Below are positions 26,940 through 36,925 of a DNA stretch of 64,000 nt, piece after piece. This stretch comes from Bacteroidia bacterium. Its GTDB lineage: Bacteria; Bacteroidota; Bacteroidia; B-17B0; Aurantibacillaceae. The position numbers and the translations under genes were made by a program. The DNA is taken from contig JAEUTQ010000015.1 of the NCBI GenBank assembly GCA_016787445.1, positions 769 to 64,768 of the forward strand. The letters are read 5' to 3'. Position 1 is the stretch's first letter; every line of letters starts with the position of its first letter. Under the pieces are notes generated by a model, which was not told where the DNA came from, ran no database searches, and worked only from the letters and a program-made list of their open reading frames with translations.

Positions 26940-28799
26940 CTATTTAAGCTTTTGGGCCGCTTCGGTATTGGAAGGATTAAGCTTTACAACTTCCCGGTAA
27001 TTTTCTTTGGCCTTAGCTGTATCGCCCATGGCTTCGTAGGTTTTAGCCAAACCTTGATAAACTGCCTCCGTTTCCAAACCGGCATCCAATGCTTTTTGGA
27101 ACATGTTTAAACTTTTATCGAATTGCTTGTTTTGGTTATAGTCGTACATCAATAAACCATACGCATTATAAAACGCGATATCCATATCGATGCACTTCTT
27201 TAAATAATACTCGGCACTGTCCTTGTGATTTGTTTCACGCATTACTATAGCTTTATAATAGTATAATTCCGTATTCTCTTTATAGGCCAAAGATGCATTA
27301 ATGTGTGGCAAAGCTGCATTGAAGTCATTAATCAGATAAACCAACACATATGACAAATAATTTCTAGAGTTCGCATAATTAGGTTCAACTTCAATTGACT
27401 TTTCCAAACATTGCCGCGCCATGGATAAGGCAGCGTTACGTTGTTCGGGTGTTGCCTGAGCTCCGAATTTTTCTACTTCTTTTACTATTTGCATACCTTT
27501 TTTATAATTCAGGTAAGCATTATTAGGATATTTTGCTACATCCGCATCTATAATGGTATTAATATCTTTCCAGTCTGCCACGCGGGTAATAATAGAATAG
27601 GAAAACAATATCAAAACGATGATCCCTACAGCTTTTATATTTTTAGGAAGATCTTTTGATTTAAAATAATTAAATAATAATCCCACCGCAGTGATGGCAA
27701 TTCCTGCTGATGAAAAAAACGCGAAACGATCGGCAACAATTCCTACTGCAGGTTTTACAAAATTTAAATACATGGAAGAAGAGGCACAAAACATAAATAG
27801 TCCGGTGAATAGGACTAAGTCTTTCTTCAAAAAAGATTTTATTACGCCATAAGCTAAAGCAGGAAAAGCGATAATACCCAACCAGCCATAACTTCCAATT
27901 TTAAGAATTGTGATGGTGTCGTAGCCGTAATAACATACTTGCTTAATCGGATACACACATTGCACAATGTAAAAACCGAGCGAGTTAAACATAGCGATGA
28001 ATCTGTGCAGCATTCCCTTATTAAAGTACATGGGATTTTCGAAGTAGTATAACACACGCTTAGTTTCTTCAATCGCAATCATTCCCTTTTTGGTGGCTTT
28101 AAATAAATACAAAGAAATAATCATGGCCACAATACTCAAGGAAATCCACTTTAATCGACCCGAATCCTTCACTAAAAATACAGCCGGGATAATCGCAATA
28201 AAAGGTAAAGCATCAAACTTCGACAAAAAAGCCAGGTAAAAATGAATAACAGAAAAAATAAGATACTGCCATTTTTTAAACCCTGATTCGTAGAAATAAT
28301 AATAAGCTCTAAATCCCGTCATACTAAATATAAAACTCAGCAGAATATCCCGATTTTTTAAACTGGCAACCACTTCGGTATGAATTGGCATAGCTGCAAA
28401 CAACAAAGTGACATAAAATGGTAAATGCGGGTTATAATCTTTAAATAAAAGTTTTAGCAAACCATAAAACAAAAACAAACCAATCACATAAAACAATAGA
28501 TTAAAAAAGTGGGATGTGCCAGGCTTTACTTCAAATAATTCGTGCTCGATGGCAAATGAAATTTTAACAAGCGGACGATAATCGAACTGATAATCTTCGG
28601 AGCTTCCGATATAAAATGATTTGAGAATTTTCGGAATTGCTTTTAGTCCTTGAGCCGTAATATTCTCAGGTTGCGTCACAATCGAGTCATCCAAAGAGTA
28701 ACCGTTTTTAAGGGCATTAAAGTAAAGCACAAAAACAACCCCAAGAATAATCAGGCGTTCTTTATTGAAGTAAGCTTTCAATTGTGCGATACGACTCAT
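26940..28799 (-). CDS. TMTC-like GT-C-fold membrane protein with C-terminal TPR repeats (putative protein O-mannosyl/glycosyltransferase)
   Basis: 619 aa. First loop motif NGYSLDDSIVTQPENI resembles the F.DD..I..N motif of TMTC/DUF1736 and PMT-type GT-C enzymes. About 10 TM helices. The C-terminal 200 aa has TPR-like repeats (YLNYKKGMQIV.., ALDAGLETEAVYQGLAKTYEAMGDTAKAKENYREVVKLNPSN). Confidence 0.65.
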   Translation of the reverse strand: MSRIAQLKAYFNKERLIILGVVFVLYFNALKNGYSLDDSIVTQPENITAQGLKAIPKILKSFYIGSSEDYQFDYRPLVKISFAIEHELFEVKPGTSHFFNLLFYVIGLFLFYGLLKLLFKDYNPHLPFYVTLLFAAMPIHTEVVASLKNRDILLSFIFSMTGFRAYYYFYESGFKKWQYLIFSVIHFYLAFLSKFDALPFIAIIPAVFLVKDSGRLKWISLSIVAMIISLYLFKATKKGMIAIEETKRVLYYFENPMYFNKGMLHRFIAMFNSLGFYIVQCVYPIKQVCYYGYDTITILKIGSYGWLGIIAFPALAYGVIKSFLKKDLVLFTGLFMFCASSSMYLNFVKPAVGIVADRFAFFSSAGIAITAVGLLFNYFKSKDLPKNIKAVGIIVLILFSYSIITRVADWKDINTIIDADVAKYPNNAYLNYKKGMQIVKEVEKFGAQATPEQRNAALSMARQCLEKSIEVEPNYANSRNYLSYVLVYLINDFNAALPHINASLAYKENTELYYYKAIVMRETNHKDSAEYYLKKCIDMDIAFYNAYGLLMYDYNQNKQFDKSLNMFQKALDAGLETEAVYQGLAKTYEAMGDTAKAKENYREVVKLNPSNTEAAQKLK

Positions 28800-29078
28800 T
28801 TGCTAACGAAGATAACCAATAATTTTAAGATTATTTAGCAATTAGCCCAATAGGAAAAACAAAGCGACGAACTTAAACAGGGTTCACGTAACAAACCTAC
28901 CTTACCACAAATTTTAACTCTAAACCGGCAAATCTTTCGACCCTTACCTCCTATCTTAAAAATTCACCAATTATACAGGAATGTAATCTTCCAGATAATT
29001 TAACACAAATCACCCTTAAAAGGGGATAAAGACATAGTATTAATGACATAACTTTACATCAACACTAATACACTTTAA

Positions 29079-29789
29079 ATGAAAACAATTAAACAAATTT
29101 TAGCCATTAGCGCTATTTCATTAATGAGCTTTACAACAAACGCTCAAAATCAAGAAGAAATAATTAAGAAACATATTGAAGCTATTGGCGGAAAAGAAGC
29201 GTGGAATAAAGTAAAATCTATGCGTTCGGAAGCAACTATGAAAGCGAATGGCGCCGAAATAAAACTAACTTTTATACAAATAGATAAAAAAGCCATGCGT
29301 CAAAACATCAGCCTTATGGGTATGGAAGGATACTCTATCTTAACAGAAAAAGAAGGCTGGTCCTATATGCCGTTTCAAGGGCAAACAAAACCTGAACCCA
29401 TGACAGCGGATGATGTAAAAAACGGACAAGACGGATTAAGCCTGAAGGACGAATTTTTGACTTATAAAGAGTTGGGTAAAAAGCTAGATTTTCTTGGAAA
29501 GGATGATATGGATGGAACGGAATGCTATAAATTTAAAATGACCAACAAAAACGGACAAGAAACGACTTACTATCTTGATGCCAGTTCTTATTTAACGATT
29601 AAACAATCATCTAAAGTTAAAGCTAACGGTAAAGAAATGGAAGCTTCAACCATGTATAGTAATTATAAAAAACTTCCGGAAGGAATCGTTTACCCAATGA
29701 CTGTTGGCGGTGGATGGGGTGACACAGAATTCACCAAAGTTGAAGTGAATCCGGTTATTGATGAGAAAGAATTTAAAGTAACAGAATAA
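29079..29789 (+). CDS. Secreted hypothetical protein, LolA-like/outer-membrane lipoprotein-sorting-like
   Basis: 236 aa with a signal peptide. IIKKHIEAIGGKEAWNKVKSMRSEATMK..DGTECYKFKM resembles the LolA-like family. This is a fold-level guess only. Confidence 0.35.
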   Translation: MKTIKQILAISAISLMSFTTNAQNQEEIIKKHIEAIGGKEAWNKVKSMRSEATMKANGAEIKLTFIQIDKKAMRQNISLMGMEGYSILTEKEGWSYMPFQGQTKPEPMTADDVKNGQDGLSLKDEFLTYKELGKKLDFLGKDDMDGTECYKFKMTNKNGQETTYYLDASSYLTIKQSSKVKANGKEMEASTMYSNYKKLPEGIVYPMTVGGGWGDTEFTKVEVNPVIDEKEFKVTE

Positions 29790-29823
29790 GATTTTATTTG
29801 TCGCTAATACAATTATCCCCATT

Positions 29824-32800
29824 ATGAAAAAACGAATAGCAATTTTTTTACTAAGTGTAAGTGGTTTTGCTTTTTCACAAACCTCATTTAACGCCGGTAT
29901 GTTTGGTGTACTGGAAGCACGTCAAATGGGACCGGGCACAATGAGTGGCCGTATAACTGCAATAGAAGGCGTTAATACAGATGATGGCAAAACTATTTAT
30001 GTAGGAACAGCAGGAGGTGGTGTTTGGAAATCTACTAATGCAGGCGCCTCCTATAAACCCATCTTTGATAAGTATTGTCAATCGATAGGTGCACTAGCTA
30101 TTAACCAAAAAGATCCATCTATCATTTATGTAGGTACGGGAGAAAGTAATATGCGTAACTCTGTTTCTTATGGAAACGGCATGTACAAATCAACCGACTC
30201 AGGTGACAACTGGAAAAAAATAGGATTGGATAGCGTTGAGCATATTTCTAAAGTTGTCATTCATCCTGAAAATCCGGATGTGATATTTGTGGCTGCACCG
30301 GGACCACTATGGAGCAAAAGCAAACACAGAGGCTTATATAAATCAACTAATGGTGGTGAGACTTGGGAAAAAATATTTTACATAAACGAAAACACAGGTT
30401 GTGCCGATTTATTAATTGATCCAATCAATCCAAATAATGTATTTATCTCCATGTGGGAATTCCGTCGCCAACCTTATAGTTTTAATTCAGGCGGAAATGG
30501 CAGCGGCTTGTATAAAAGTACAGATGGAGGAAAAACATTCAAGGAAATAAAAAACGGATTACCTGAAAAACCATTCGGGCGTATCGCTATGACCTTAGCG
30601 CCAAGCGACCCTAAACAAATGCTTGCTATTGTTGAGAGTAACAAAACAGGATTATACATTTCTTCAGACGGCGGTGAAACATGGAAAAGTCAAAGTGCCA
30701 CTTTAAATGTTTGCGCTCGTCCGTTTTATTTTAGCACAATTGTTATAGATCCAAAAGATCCGAAGCGCGTGTATCGCCCCGCTTTTCAGTTTGCCTATAG
30801 CAGTGATGGCGGATACTCATTTACGGAAGCCAGTTATGATGGCGGATGGGTTCATAGCGACATGCATGCTTTATGGATAAATCCGAATAACACCAATATC
30901 ATGTATGTTGGTACCGATGGTGGCGTATATATGAGTGTGGATAAAGGGGTAACGTGGCAATTCAACCATGGACTTCCGGTAGGACAATTCTATCATGTAA
31001 GTTATGATTTGAAAGAGCCTTATAATGTTTACGGCGGATTACAAGACAATGGAAGCTGGATGGCACCAAGTGCGTCACCCGGCGGAATAGGAAATGGTAA
31101 TTGGGATCGTGTGAATGGCGGTGATGGATTTTGGACTGTACCCGATGTAGATGGTAAAACTGTTTATTCGGAATATCAAGGTGGAAACATGTACAGAACT
31201 GATTTAAGTAACATGAAATCAGAATACATTCAGCCACAGAAAACAAGTAAAGAAGAAAAGCTGCGTTGGAACTGGAATACACCAATAGTTACCGGCAGTA
31301 AAAACCCTAAGAATCTTTATGTAGGTGCACAGTACCTTTATAAATCTACTGACCAAGGCAGAAATTGGACTCGTATTTCAGGCGACTTAACAACCAATGA
31401 CAAGAAAAAACAGAAACAAGAAGAAAGCGGCGGACTAAGCGCAGATAATACGTCTGCTGAAAATCACTGTACCATATTTACCTTGGCTGAATCTTCTTTA
31501 GATGAAAACATTATCTGGGTTGGTACCGACGACGGTAATGTTCAAGTAACAACTAACGGTGGTGGAACATGGACAAATGTATCAATGAATATTGCGAAAT
31601 GCGGGATAGCAAATCAAGCCTGGGTAAGCAGCATTCAGCCTTCTCAATTTGATAAAAATACCGTTTACGTAACATTTGAAAATCACATGTACGGTGATTT
31701 TAATACCTACGTAGCTACCAGTAATGACTTAGGAAAAACATGGAAGCGCATCAACAGTTCTGAATTTACCGGATTTGCACATAAAATAGCTGAGGATCCT
31801 ATCAATAAAAATTTATTATTCTTAGGTACCGAGATGGGATTATTTGCCACATTAGACGGTGGTGCAAATTGGTTTAGAATGAAAAACAACATTCCGGAAT
31901 ATGCATTAGTGAGAGATATTCAGATTCACCCGAAAACGCATGATTTAATTATCGGAACACATGGTCGTGGTATTTTCATAATTGACGACATCCGTTCCAT
32001 GCGAAATTTAACTAAGGAAGTATGGGAGCAAGATTTCTATTTATTTCAAACTGAAGATTTAGTATTAAACAACGGTAAATTCGGATGGGGCGGCCCTGAA
32101 ATATCGGGCGGATGGGTAACCGGGAATCCGGCTTCGCACCCTTCCATTACTTATTATCTTAAACAAAGATTAAACGCAGGTAAAATAGAAATTGAGGTTT
32201 ATGATTCTAATAATAAATTATTACAAACCTTACCGGGAACTATCCGTAAAGGTTTGAATAAAGTGTATTGGAATATGCGCGAGACGCCTCCAAAAGTAGC
32301 AGCCGGCAGTACAAAAATGGACGGTGCAGGATTTACGGCACCAATGGTTTTACCTGGACAATATAAACTAAAGGTTAAAGTTAAAGATAAAGAATATGAG
32401 GGGAAAGTTAATTGTATACACGATGCAGCTAACAAAGATTTGAGTGAAGCAGACCGGAAATTAGTTTATGAAAAAGCTACGCAGTTAAAAACACTTTACT
32501 CAAACATCAATAATACTATTGATACGATTAATCTTTACCAAAATCAATTAAAAAAGGACACGGTAGCTTTTAAGAAAAATAAAAACGCCATGGCCTTTCA
32601 TGCAGACCTTCAAAAGGTAAAATCTGATTTAATGGCGACAACCAAAAAATCAATTTTTGCTGATGAAGAAAGATTAAGAGAAAAGGTTTCCAAGTTATAC
32701 GGATCATTCTGTGGCATGGAATCAAAACCAAACGCCACACAACTTGAATCAATAGATGATTTATCGAATGAATTTTCCAAAAAGAAAAAAGAAATGGAAG

Positions 32801-32862
32801 CTGCGTTAATGAAGCATCTTCCGAAAAACCCTGAAATAAAAAACAATAAAGACATAAGATAG
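29824..32862 (+). CDS. Sortilin/VPS10-like BNR (Asp-box) repeat double-propeller protein
   Basis: 1012 aa with a signal peptide. Asp-boxes STNAGASY, STDSGDNW, STNGGETW, STDGGKTF, SSDGGETW, SSDGGYSF, SVDKGVTW, STDQGRNW, TTNGGGTW, SNDLGKTW, TLDGGANW. The C-terminal region is coiled-coil-like. No T9SS CTD. Confidence 0.7.
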   Translation: MKKRIAIFLLSVSGFAFSQTSFNAGMFGVLEARQMGPGTMSGRITAIEGVNTDDGKTIYVGTAGGGVWKSTNAGASYKPIFDKYCQSIGALAINQKDPSIIYVGTGESNMRNSVSYGNGMYKSTDSGDNWKKIGLDSVEHISKVVIHPENPDVIFVAAPGPLWSKSKHRGLYKSTNGGETWEKIFYINENTGCADLLIDPINPNNVFISMWEFRRQPYSFNSGGNGSGLYKSTDGGKTFKEIKNGLPEKPFGRIAMTLAPSDPKQMLAIVESNKTGLYISSDGGETWKSQSATLNVCARPFYFSTIVIDPKDPKRVYRPAFQFAYSSDGGYSFTEASYDGGWVHSDMHALWINPNNTNIMYVGTDGGVYMSVDKGVTWQFNHGLPVGQFYHVSYDLKEPYNVYGGLQDNGSWMAPSASPGGIGNGNWDRVNGGDGFWTVPDVDGKTVYSEYQGGNMYRTDLSNMKSEYIQPQKTSKEEKLRWNWNTPIVTGSKNPKNLYVGAQYLYKSTDQGRNWTRISGDLTTNDKKKQKQEESGGLSADNTSAENHCTIFTLAESSLDENIIWVGTDDGNVQVTTNGGGTWTNVSMNIAKCGIANQAWVSSIQPSQFDKNTVYVTFENHMYGDFNTYVATSNDLGKTWKRINSSEFTGFAHKIAEDPINKNLLFLGTEMGLFATLDGGANWFRMKNNIPEYALVRDIQIHPKTHDLIIGTHGRGIFIIDDIRSMRNLTKEVWEQDFYLFQTEDLVLNNGKFGWGGPEISGGWVTGNPASHPSITYYLKQRLNAGKIEIEVYDSNNKLLQTLPGTIRKGLNKVYWNMRETPPKVAAGSTKMDGAGFTAPMVLPGQYKLKVKVKDKEYEGKVNCIHDAANKDLSEADRKLVYEKATQLKTLYSNINNTIDTINLYQNQLKKDTVAFKKNKNAMAFHADLQKVKSDLMATTKKSIFADEERLREKVSKLYGSFCGMESKPNATQLESIDDLSNEFSKKKKEMEAALMKHLPKNPEIKNNKDIR

Positions 32863-32879
32863 AAATTAATCATCCTTTT

Positions 32880-32908
32880 AAAAATGCCGGACATTTCCGG
32901 CATTTTTT
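32880..32908 (+). terminator. Rho-independent terminator
   Basis: atgccgga-catt-tccggcat followed by tttttt, 20 nt after the stop of the BNR gene. Confidence 0.8.
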
Positions 32909-32980
32909 GTTTAATGATGTTAAATACCTTCAGAAATATTATGAATTAAATTAAGAATTAATTAAATTAGATATCACCAA

Positions 32981-34726
32981 ATGCACCCGTTAAATCATAA
33001 TGCCATAAGAGTTTTAGAAAGCCGTTATCTACTTAAGAATTCCGATGGAAGCATTGTAGAAACACCCGAGCAACTCTTTAAGCGAGTAGCGCATCATATT
33101 GCTAATGCCGAGCATTTACTTAACAACTCAGAACAACAGTTGTATTGGGAAAAGGAATTCTTTGCAGTTATGAGTCGCTTGGAATTTCTTCCCAACTCAC
33201 CTACTCTTATGAATGCCGGTCTGCCCTTAAATCAGTTAAGCGCTTGCTTTGTTTTACCGGTTGAAGATAGTATTGCGGACATTTTTACCACATTAAAGAA
33301 TACAGCACTTATACAACAAAGTGGCGGTGGTACAGGTTTTAATTTTTCGGCCTTAAGACACAATGGTGATTTTATTAATTCAAGTCATGGCTACTCTACC
33401 GGTCCGATTTCATTCATGAAAATATTTGATGCTGCTACGGATAACATCAAACAAGGTGGAAAAAGACGTGGAGCCAACATGGGAATTTTGAATATTGACC
33501 ATCCGGATATTGAAGAATTCATTGAATTAAAAAATGTGGAAGGTGTGCTCAGCAATTTTAATATTTCTGTTGGCATAACGGATGCATTTATGAATGCCGT
33601 TGAGAAAAATGCAGATTGGGAATTAAAACATCCGATTAGCAGAAAAAGCATTAAAAGTATTGCTGCGCGTGCATTATGGAATAAAATTATTTCTAATGCC
33701 TGGCTCACCGGCGACCCGGGATTAATTTTTTTAGACACGATTAATGAAAGTAACCCTACTCCGAAGATTGGAGCGATTACTTGTACAAACCCCTGCGGAG
33801 AAGTTCCACTTCTTCCTTATGAAGCCTGTAATTTAGGCTCGATAGATGTTGCCAAATTTTATAATGAAAAGAAAAACAAAATAGATTACGAAGGTTTAGA
33901 AAAATGCATCGTAACTGCTATTCGCTTTTTGGATAATGTAATTGAAGTAAACAATTATGTAATTCCTGAAATAAAAACGATGGTGAAAGGCAATCGTAAA
34001 ATAGGCTTAGGCATCATGGGCTGGGCCGAATTACTAATTAAGTTAGAAACTCCTTACGCCTCCGAAAAAGCAGTGAAGTTAGGAGAAGAACTGATGGCAT
34101 TTATCAATGAGAAAAGTTTTGATGCATCTCAAAAATTAGCGGAAAAAAGAGGCGTATTTAAAAATTGGGATAATAGCATCTATAATGAAAATGTTAAACT
34201 TAGAAATGCAACACGAACAAGTATTGCTCCTACCGGAACCATTTCAATCATTGCAGGAACCAGTTCTTCTATTGAACCATTATTTGCATTAGCAATTCAC
34301 AGAGAGAATGTATTGAATAACGAAACCCTCACCGAAATAAATGAAGCGTGTTTAAGTTATTTAAAACGGAAGAATTTATTAACGGATGAAATTGTTTCAG
34401 AAATTAAAAAAACTGGCTCTATACAAAACACGGGTTTGCCGAATGAAATAAAAGATCTATTTAAAACATCCTTAGAGATTGAACCATACTGGCACATTCA
34501 GCATCAGGTTGCATTTCAGAAGCACACCGACAATGCAGTATCTAAGACAATTAATTTACCGGGTGGCGCAACAGTGGCAGACATTGAAAACGCGTATTTA
34601 ACTGCCTGGAAAAATAAGGCTAAAGGGATTACAATTTATCGTTACGGTTCAAAATCGCAACAGGTGTTGCATAGCGGAACCGATGAAACCGAAAATCAGG
34701 GTTCATGTAAAGTGTGCGTGAACTAA
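32981..34726 (+). CDS. nrdJ: Class II (adenosylcobalamin-dependent) ribonucleotide reductase
   Basis: 581 aa. LESRYLLK, PNSPTLMNAG, LSACFVL, active-site CTNPCGEVPLLPYEACNLGS, SIAPTGTIS, C-terminal Cys pair CKVC. Confidence 0.85.
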   Translation: MHPLNHNAIRVLESRYLLKNSDGSIVETPEQLFKRVAHHIANAEHLLNNSEQQLYWEKEFFAVMSRLEFLPNSPTLMNAGLPLNQLSACFVLPVEDSIADIFTTLKNTALIQQSGGGTGFNFSALRHNGDFINSSHGYSTGPISFMKIFDAATDNIKQGGKRRGANMGILNIDHPDIEEFIELKNVEGVLSNFNISVGITDAFMNAVEKNADWELKHPISRKSIKSIAARALWNKIISNAWLTGDPGLIFLDTINESNPTPKIGAITCTNPCGEVPLLPYEACNLGSIDVAKFYNEKKNKIDYEGLEKCIVTAIRFLDNVIEVNNYVIPEIKTMVKGNRKIGLGIMGWAELLIKLETPYASEKAVKLGEELMAFINEKSFDASQKLAEKRGVFKNWDNSIYNENVKLRNATRTSIAPTGTISIIAGTSSSIEPLFALAIHRENVLNNETLTEINEACLSYLKRKNLLTDEIVSEIKKTGSIQNTGLPNEIKDLFKTSLEIEPYWHIQHQVAFQKHTDNAVSKTINLPGGATVADIENAYLTAWKNKAKGITIYRYGSKSQQVLHSGTDETENQGSCKVCVN

Positions 34727-35607
34727 TAACCGAAATGTTTCAAGCGATTATCGTTGCTGCGCCAATCTTTATCCACCTTCACAAAGAGTTCAAGAAATAT
34801 CTTCTTTCCAAAAAACTTTTCCGCTTCCTCACGCGCCATGGTACCCAATTTTTTTAGAGCCTCGCCTTTATGTCCGATGATAATTCCCTTTTGACTGTCG
34901 CGCTCCACTAAAATATCGGCCTGTATACGAATAATGTTAGGCTCTTCTTTAAAAGAATTCACAATCACCTCAACACTGTATGGAATTTCCTTTTTGTAAT
35001 TGAGTAATATTTTTTCCCGGATAATTTCGCTTACAAAAAAACGCTCCGGTTTATCTGTTAACTGATCTTTATCGTAGAATGGTTCGCCGGGAGGAAGCAA
35101 CTCAATAATTTTATTCATCACCTGATCAAGGTTAAACTTTTCAAGTGCTGAAATAGCTAATATTTGAGCATTCGGTAATTTCACTTTCCACTCCTCTGCC
35201 TTTTGGGCAACCTTCTCTTGGGTAGCGGCATCCACTTTATTAATGAGCAGAAGAATTGGCGTACTTGTTTTACGAAGTTTCTCAACGTATTCCGGTTGTA
35301 ATTCGATATCTTCAAAAACATCCGTAATAAGCAAAAAAACATCGGCATCACTAAGCGCACTAATTACAAATTGCATCATTTTCTCTTGCAACTTATAATT
35401 AGGCTTGAGAATACCCGGTGTATCGGAAAATACTATTTGATAATTTTCACCGTTCACTATTCCCATAATACGGTGACGGGTGGTTTGTGCTTTAGAAGTA
35501 ATAATACTTAATCGCTCGCCGATAAGTGCGTTCATAAGGGTAGATTTACCCACGTTTGGACAACCTATAATGTTGACAAAGCCTGCTTTATGTGATTGTA
35601 GAGTGAT
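34723..35607 (-). CDS. era: GTPase Era (start codon uncertain and non-canonical)
   Basis: KAGFVNIIGCPNVGKSTLMNAL (G1), TTRHRI, DTPG, NKVD and a KH domain. The track ORF starts at GTG 35553, inside the P-loop. The frame is open upstream to a TAA, but no ATG/GTG/TTG occurs. ATC 35607, ATT 35613 and ATA 35622 are the candidate starts. Confidence 0.8.
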   Translation of the reverse strand: MTLQSHKAGFVNIIGCPNVGKSTLMNALIGERLSIITSKAQTTRHRIMGIVNGENYQIVFSDTPGILKPNYKLQEKMMQFVISALSDADVFLLITDVFEDIELQPEYVEKLRKTSTPILLLINKVDAATQEKVAQKAEEWKVKLPNAQILAISALEKFNLDQVMNKIIELLPPGEPFYDKDQLTDKPERFFVSEIIREKILLNYKKEIPYSVEVIVNSFKEEPNIIRIQADILVERDSQKGIIIGHKGEALKKLGTMAREEAEKFFGKKIFLELFVKVDKDWRSNDNRLKHFGY

Positions 35608-35712
35608 GTTAATAAGATTTATTTTGTTTACAAAGAAAGTAAATATATCTTTGCCCCCGAATTAAGGTAACAACTTAATTTAAACAAGGCAGTTCTTTAA
35701 CTAAAAATATAG

Positions 35713-35787
<75 letters not shown>

Positions 35788-35790
35788 AAG

Positions 35791-35825
35791 AAAACCCATC
35801 GGTTACTCCGATGGGTTTTTTATTT
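35791..35825 (+). terminator. Rho-independent terminator of the tRNA (repeat unit 1)
   Basis: cccatcgg-ttact-ccgatggg followed by tttttt. Confidence 0.8.
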
Positions 35826-35961
35826 TGAGCCTGAGCCAAGCTATGCTTGAGCGAAAGGCGAAAAATAAAAAATACAATTACGCGCTAGCGGGATTGTTTT
35901 TCGTTGAGTTAAAGCCTTTATTAAGTGATCAATGCAATTAATCACTCTCCCGCTACCAAAG

Positions 35962-35996
35962 AAAACCCATCGGTTACTCCGATGGGTTTTTTATTT
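35962..35996 (+). terminator. Duplicate copy of the tRNA terminator (repeat unit 2)
   Basis: Identical hairpin cccatcgg-ttact-ccgatggg plus a T-run. Confidence 0.7.
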
Positions 35997-36132
35997 TGAG
36001 CCTGAGCCAAACTATGCTTGAGCGAAAGGCAAAAAATAAAAAACACAATCACGCTAGCGCGTGATTGGTTTTCGTTGAGTTAAAGCCTTTATTAAGTGAT
36101 CAATGCTATTAATCACTCTCCCGCTACCAAAT

Positions 36133-36162
36133 AAAAAACCCAGACAATTGTCTGGGTTTTTT
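36133..36162. terminator. Bidirectional terminator hairpin
   Basis: aaaaaa-cccagacaattgtctggg-tttttt is a perfect palindrome flanked by an A-run and a T-run. It lies between the tRNA repeat region (+) and the stop of the TPM gene (-). Confidence 0.8.
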
Positions 36163-36174
36163 ATTTTATTCGTT

Positions 36175-36921
36175 TTACCACTTTCCTCCGGAACCGCCAC
36201 CGCCAAAACTTCCGCCACCAAAACCACCAAAGCCACCACCACCGGAGCTTCTGCCGCTGCTAAACCCACCGCCACCATAATATCTTCCACTGCTATACGT
36301 TGTTCCTCCTCCTCCACCCTTTCCACTCATTATCCAAACAAAACCAATAATTACTAATATTATCATTATGGTTTTAAACCAGCTGTCGGCACTTCTTTGC
36401 TTTGAATAATCCTTAACATCAATCTCGCCTTTAGCTAAAGCCATTAACTTATCGGTAGCGTTATTTATCGCCGTGTAATTTTCCCCTCTCTTTAAATAAG
36501 GGTACATTTCATCCTCGCGTATTCTCTTCGTGGCTAAATCAGGGATTGCTCCTTCTAAACCATAACCAATGGCAATAAATAAATCGCGACCACCATCTGA
36601 TTCGGTAGGCTTAATTAAAATAACAATACCATTATTAGTTTCTTTTTTACCTACACCCCACTCTGTCCCTAATTGAGTGGCGTAAGTTGCCGCATCCGTA
36701 CCACCGAAATCATCAACAATTACAACAACAATCTGATTACTGGTTTCACGACTGAAATTGACTAACTTTTGTTCAATCGCTTCTGCTTCTGAAGCATTCA
36801 GGAAGTTTGGAAACTCGGCAGATAAATTATTATATAACTTTTGCGGACTAGGACGAGGCGCTACCTGAGCTACACCCAGACAAGAGATAAATACAAGAAG
36901 TGAAAATATAATGCGCTTCAT
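36175..36921 (-). CDS. TPM-domain (YgcG-like) protein with a C-terminal TM helix and glycine-rich tail
   Basis: 248 aa with a signal peptide. NQIVVVIVDDFGG..IVILIKPTE..RDLFIAIGYGLEG, TM helix FKTIMIILVIIGFVWIM, tail GGGGGTTYSSGRYYGGGGFSSGRSSGGGGFGGFGGG. Confidence 0.8.
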   Translation of the reverse strand: MKRIIFSLLVFISCLGVAQVAPRPSPQKLYNNLSAEFPNFLNASEAEAIEQKLVNFSRETSNQIVVVIVDDFGGTDAATYATQLGTEWGVGKKETNNGIVILIKPTESDGGRDLFIAIGYGLEGAIPDLATKRIREDEMYPYLKRGENYTAINNATDKLMALAKGEIDVKDYSKQRSADSWFKTIMIILVIIGFVWIMSGKGGGGGTTYSSGRYYGGGGFSSGRSSGGGGFGGFGGGSFGGGGSGGKW

Positions 36922-36925
36922 AGGA

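Noticed and set aside
32863-32980. A cobalamin riboswitch or NrdR box upstream of nrdJ
   Set aside because: The 118-nt spacer is mostly occupied by the upstream terminator and AT-rich sequence. It has no B12-box-like GCCACTG core and no convincing NrdR palindrome pair.
35887-35958. A 72-nt tRNA-like pseudo-gene inside repeat unit 1. AGCGGGA pairs perfectly with the TCCCGCT acceptor 3' strand, and there is a GTGAT/ATCAC T-arm-like hairpin.
   Set aside because: There is no credible D or anticodon arm, and the T-loop is 11 nt. The AGCGGGA complement is not conserved in unit 2 (agcgcgtga). The fold therefore has no covariation support.
36054-36357. Track ORFs 36054-36326 (-) and 36103-36357 (+) with Ala/Val/Thr-rich low-complexity products
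   Set aside because: They are alternative frames of the Gly-rich (GGN repeat) tail of the TPM protein and of the tRNA-repeat region. They show no independent coding signal.
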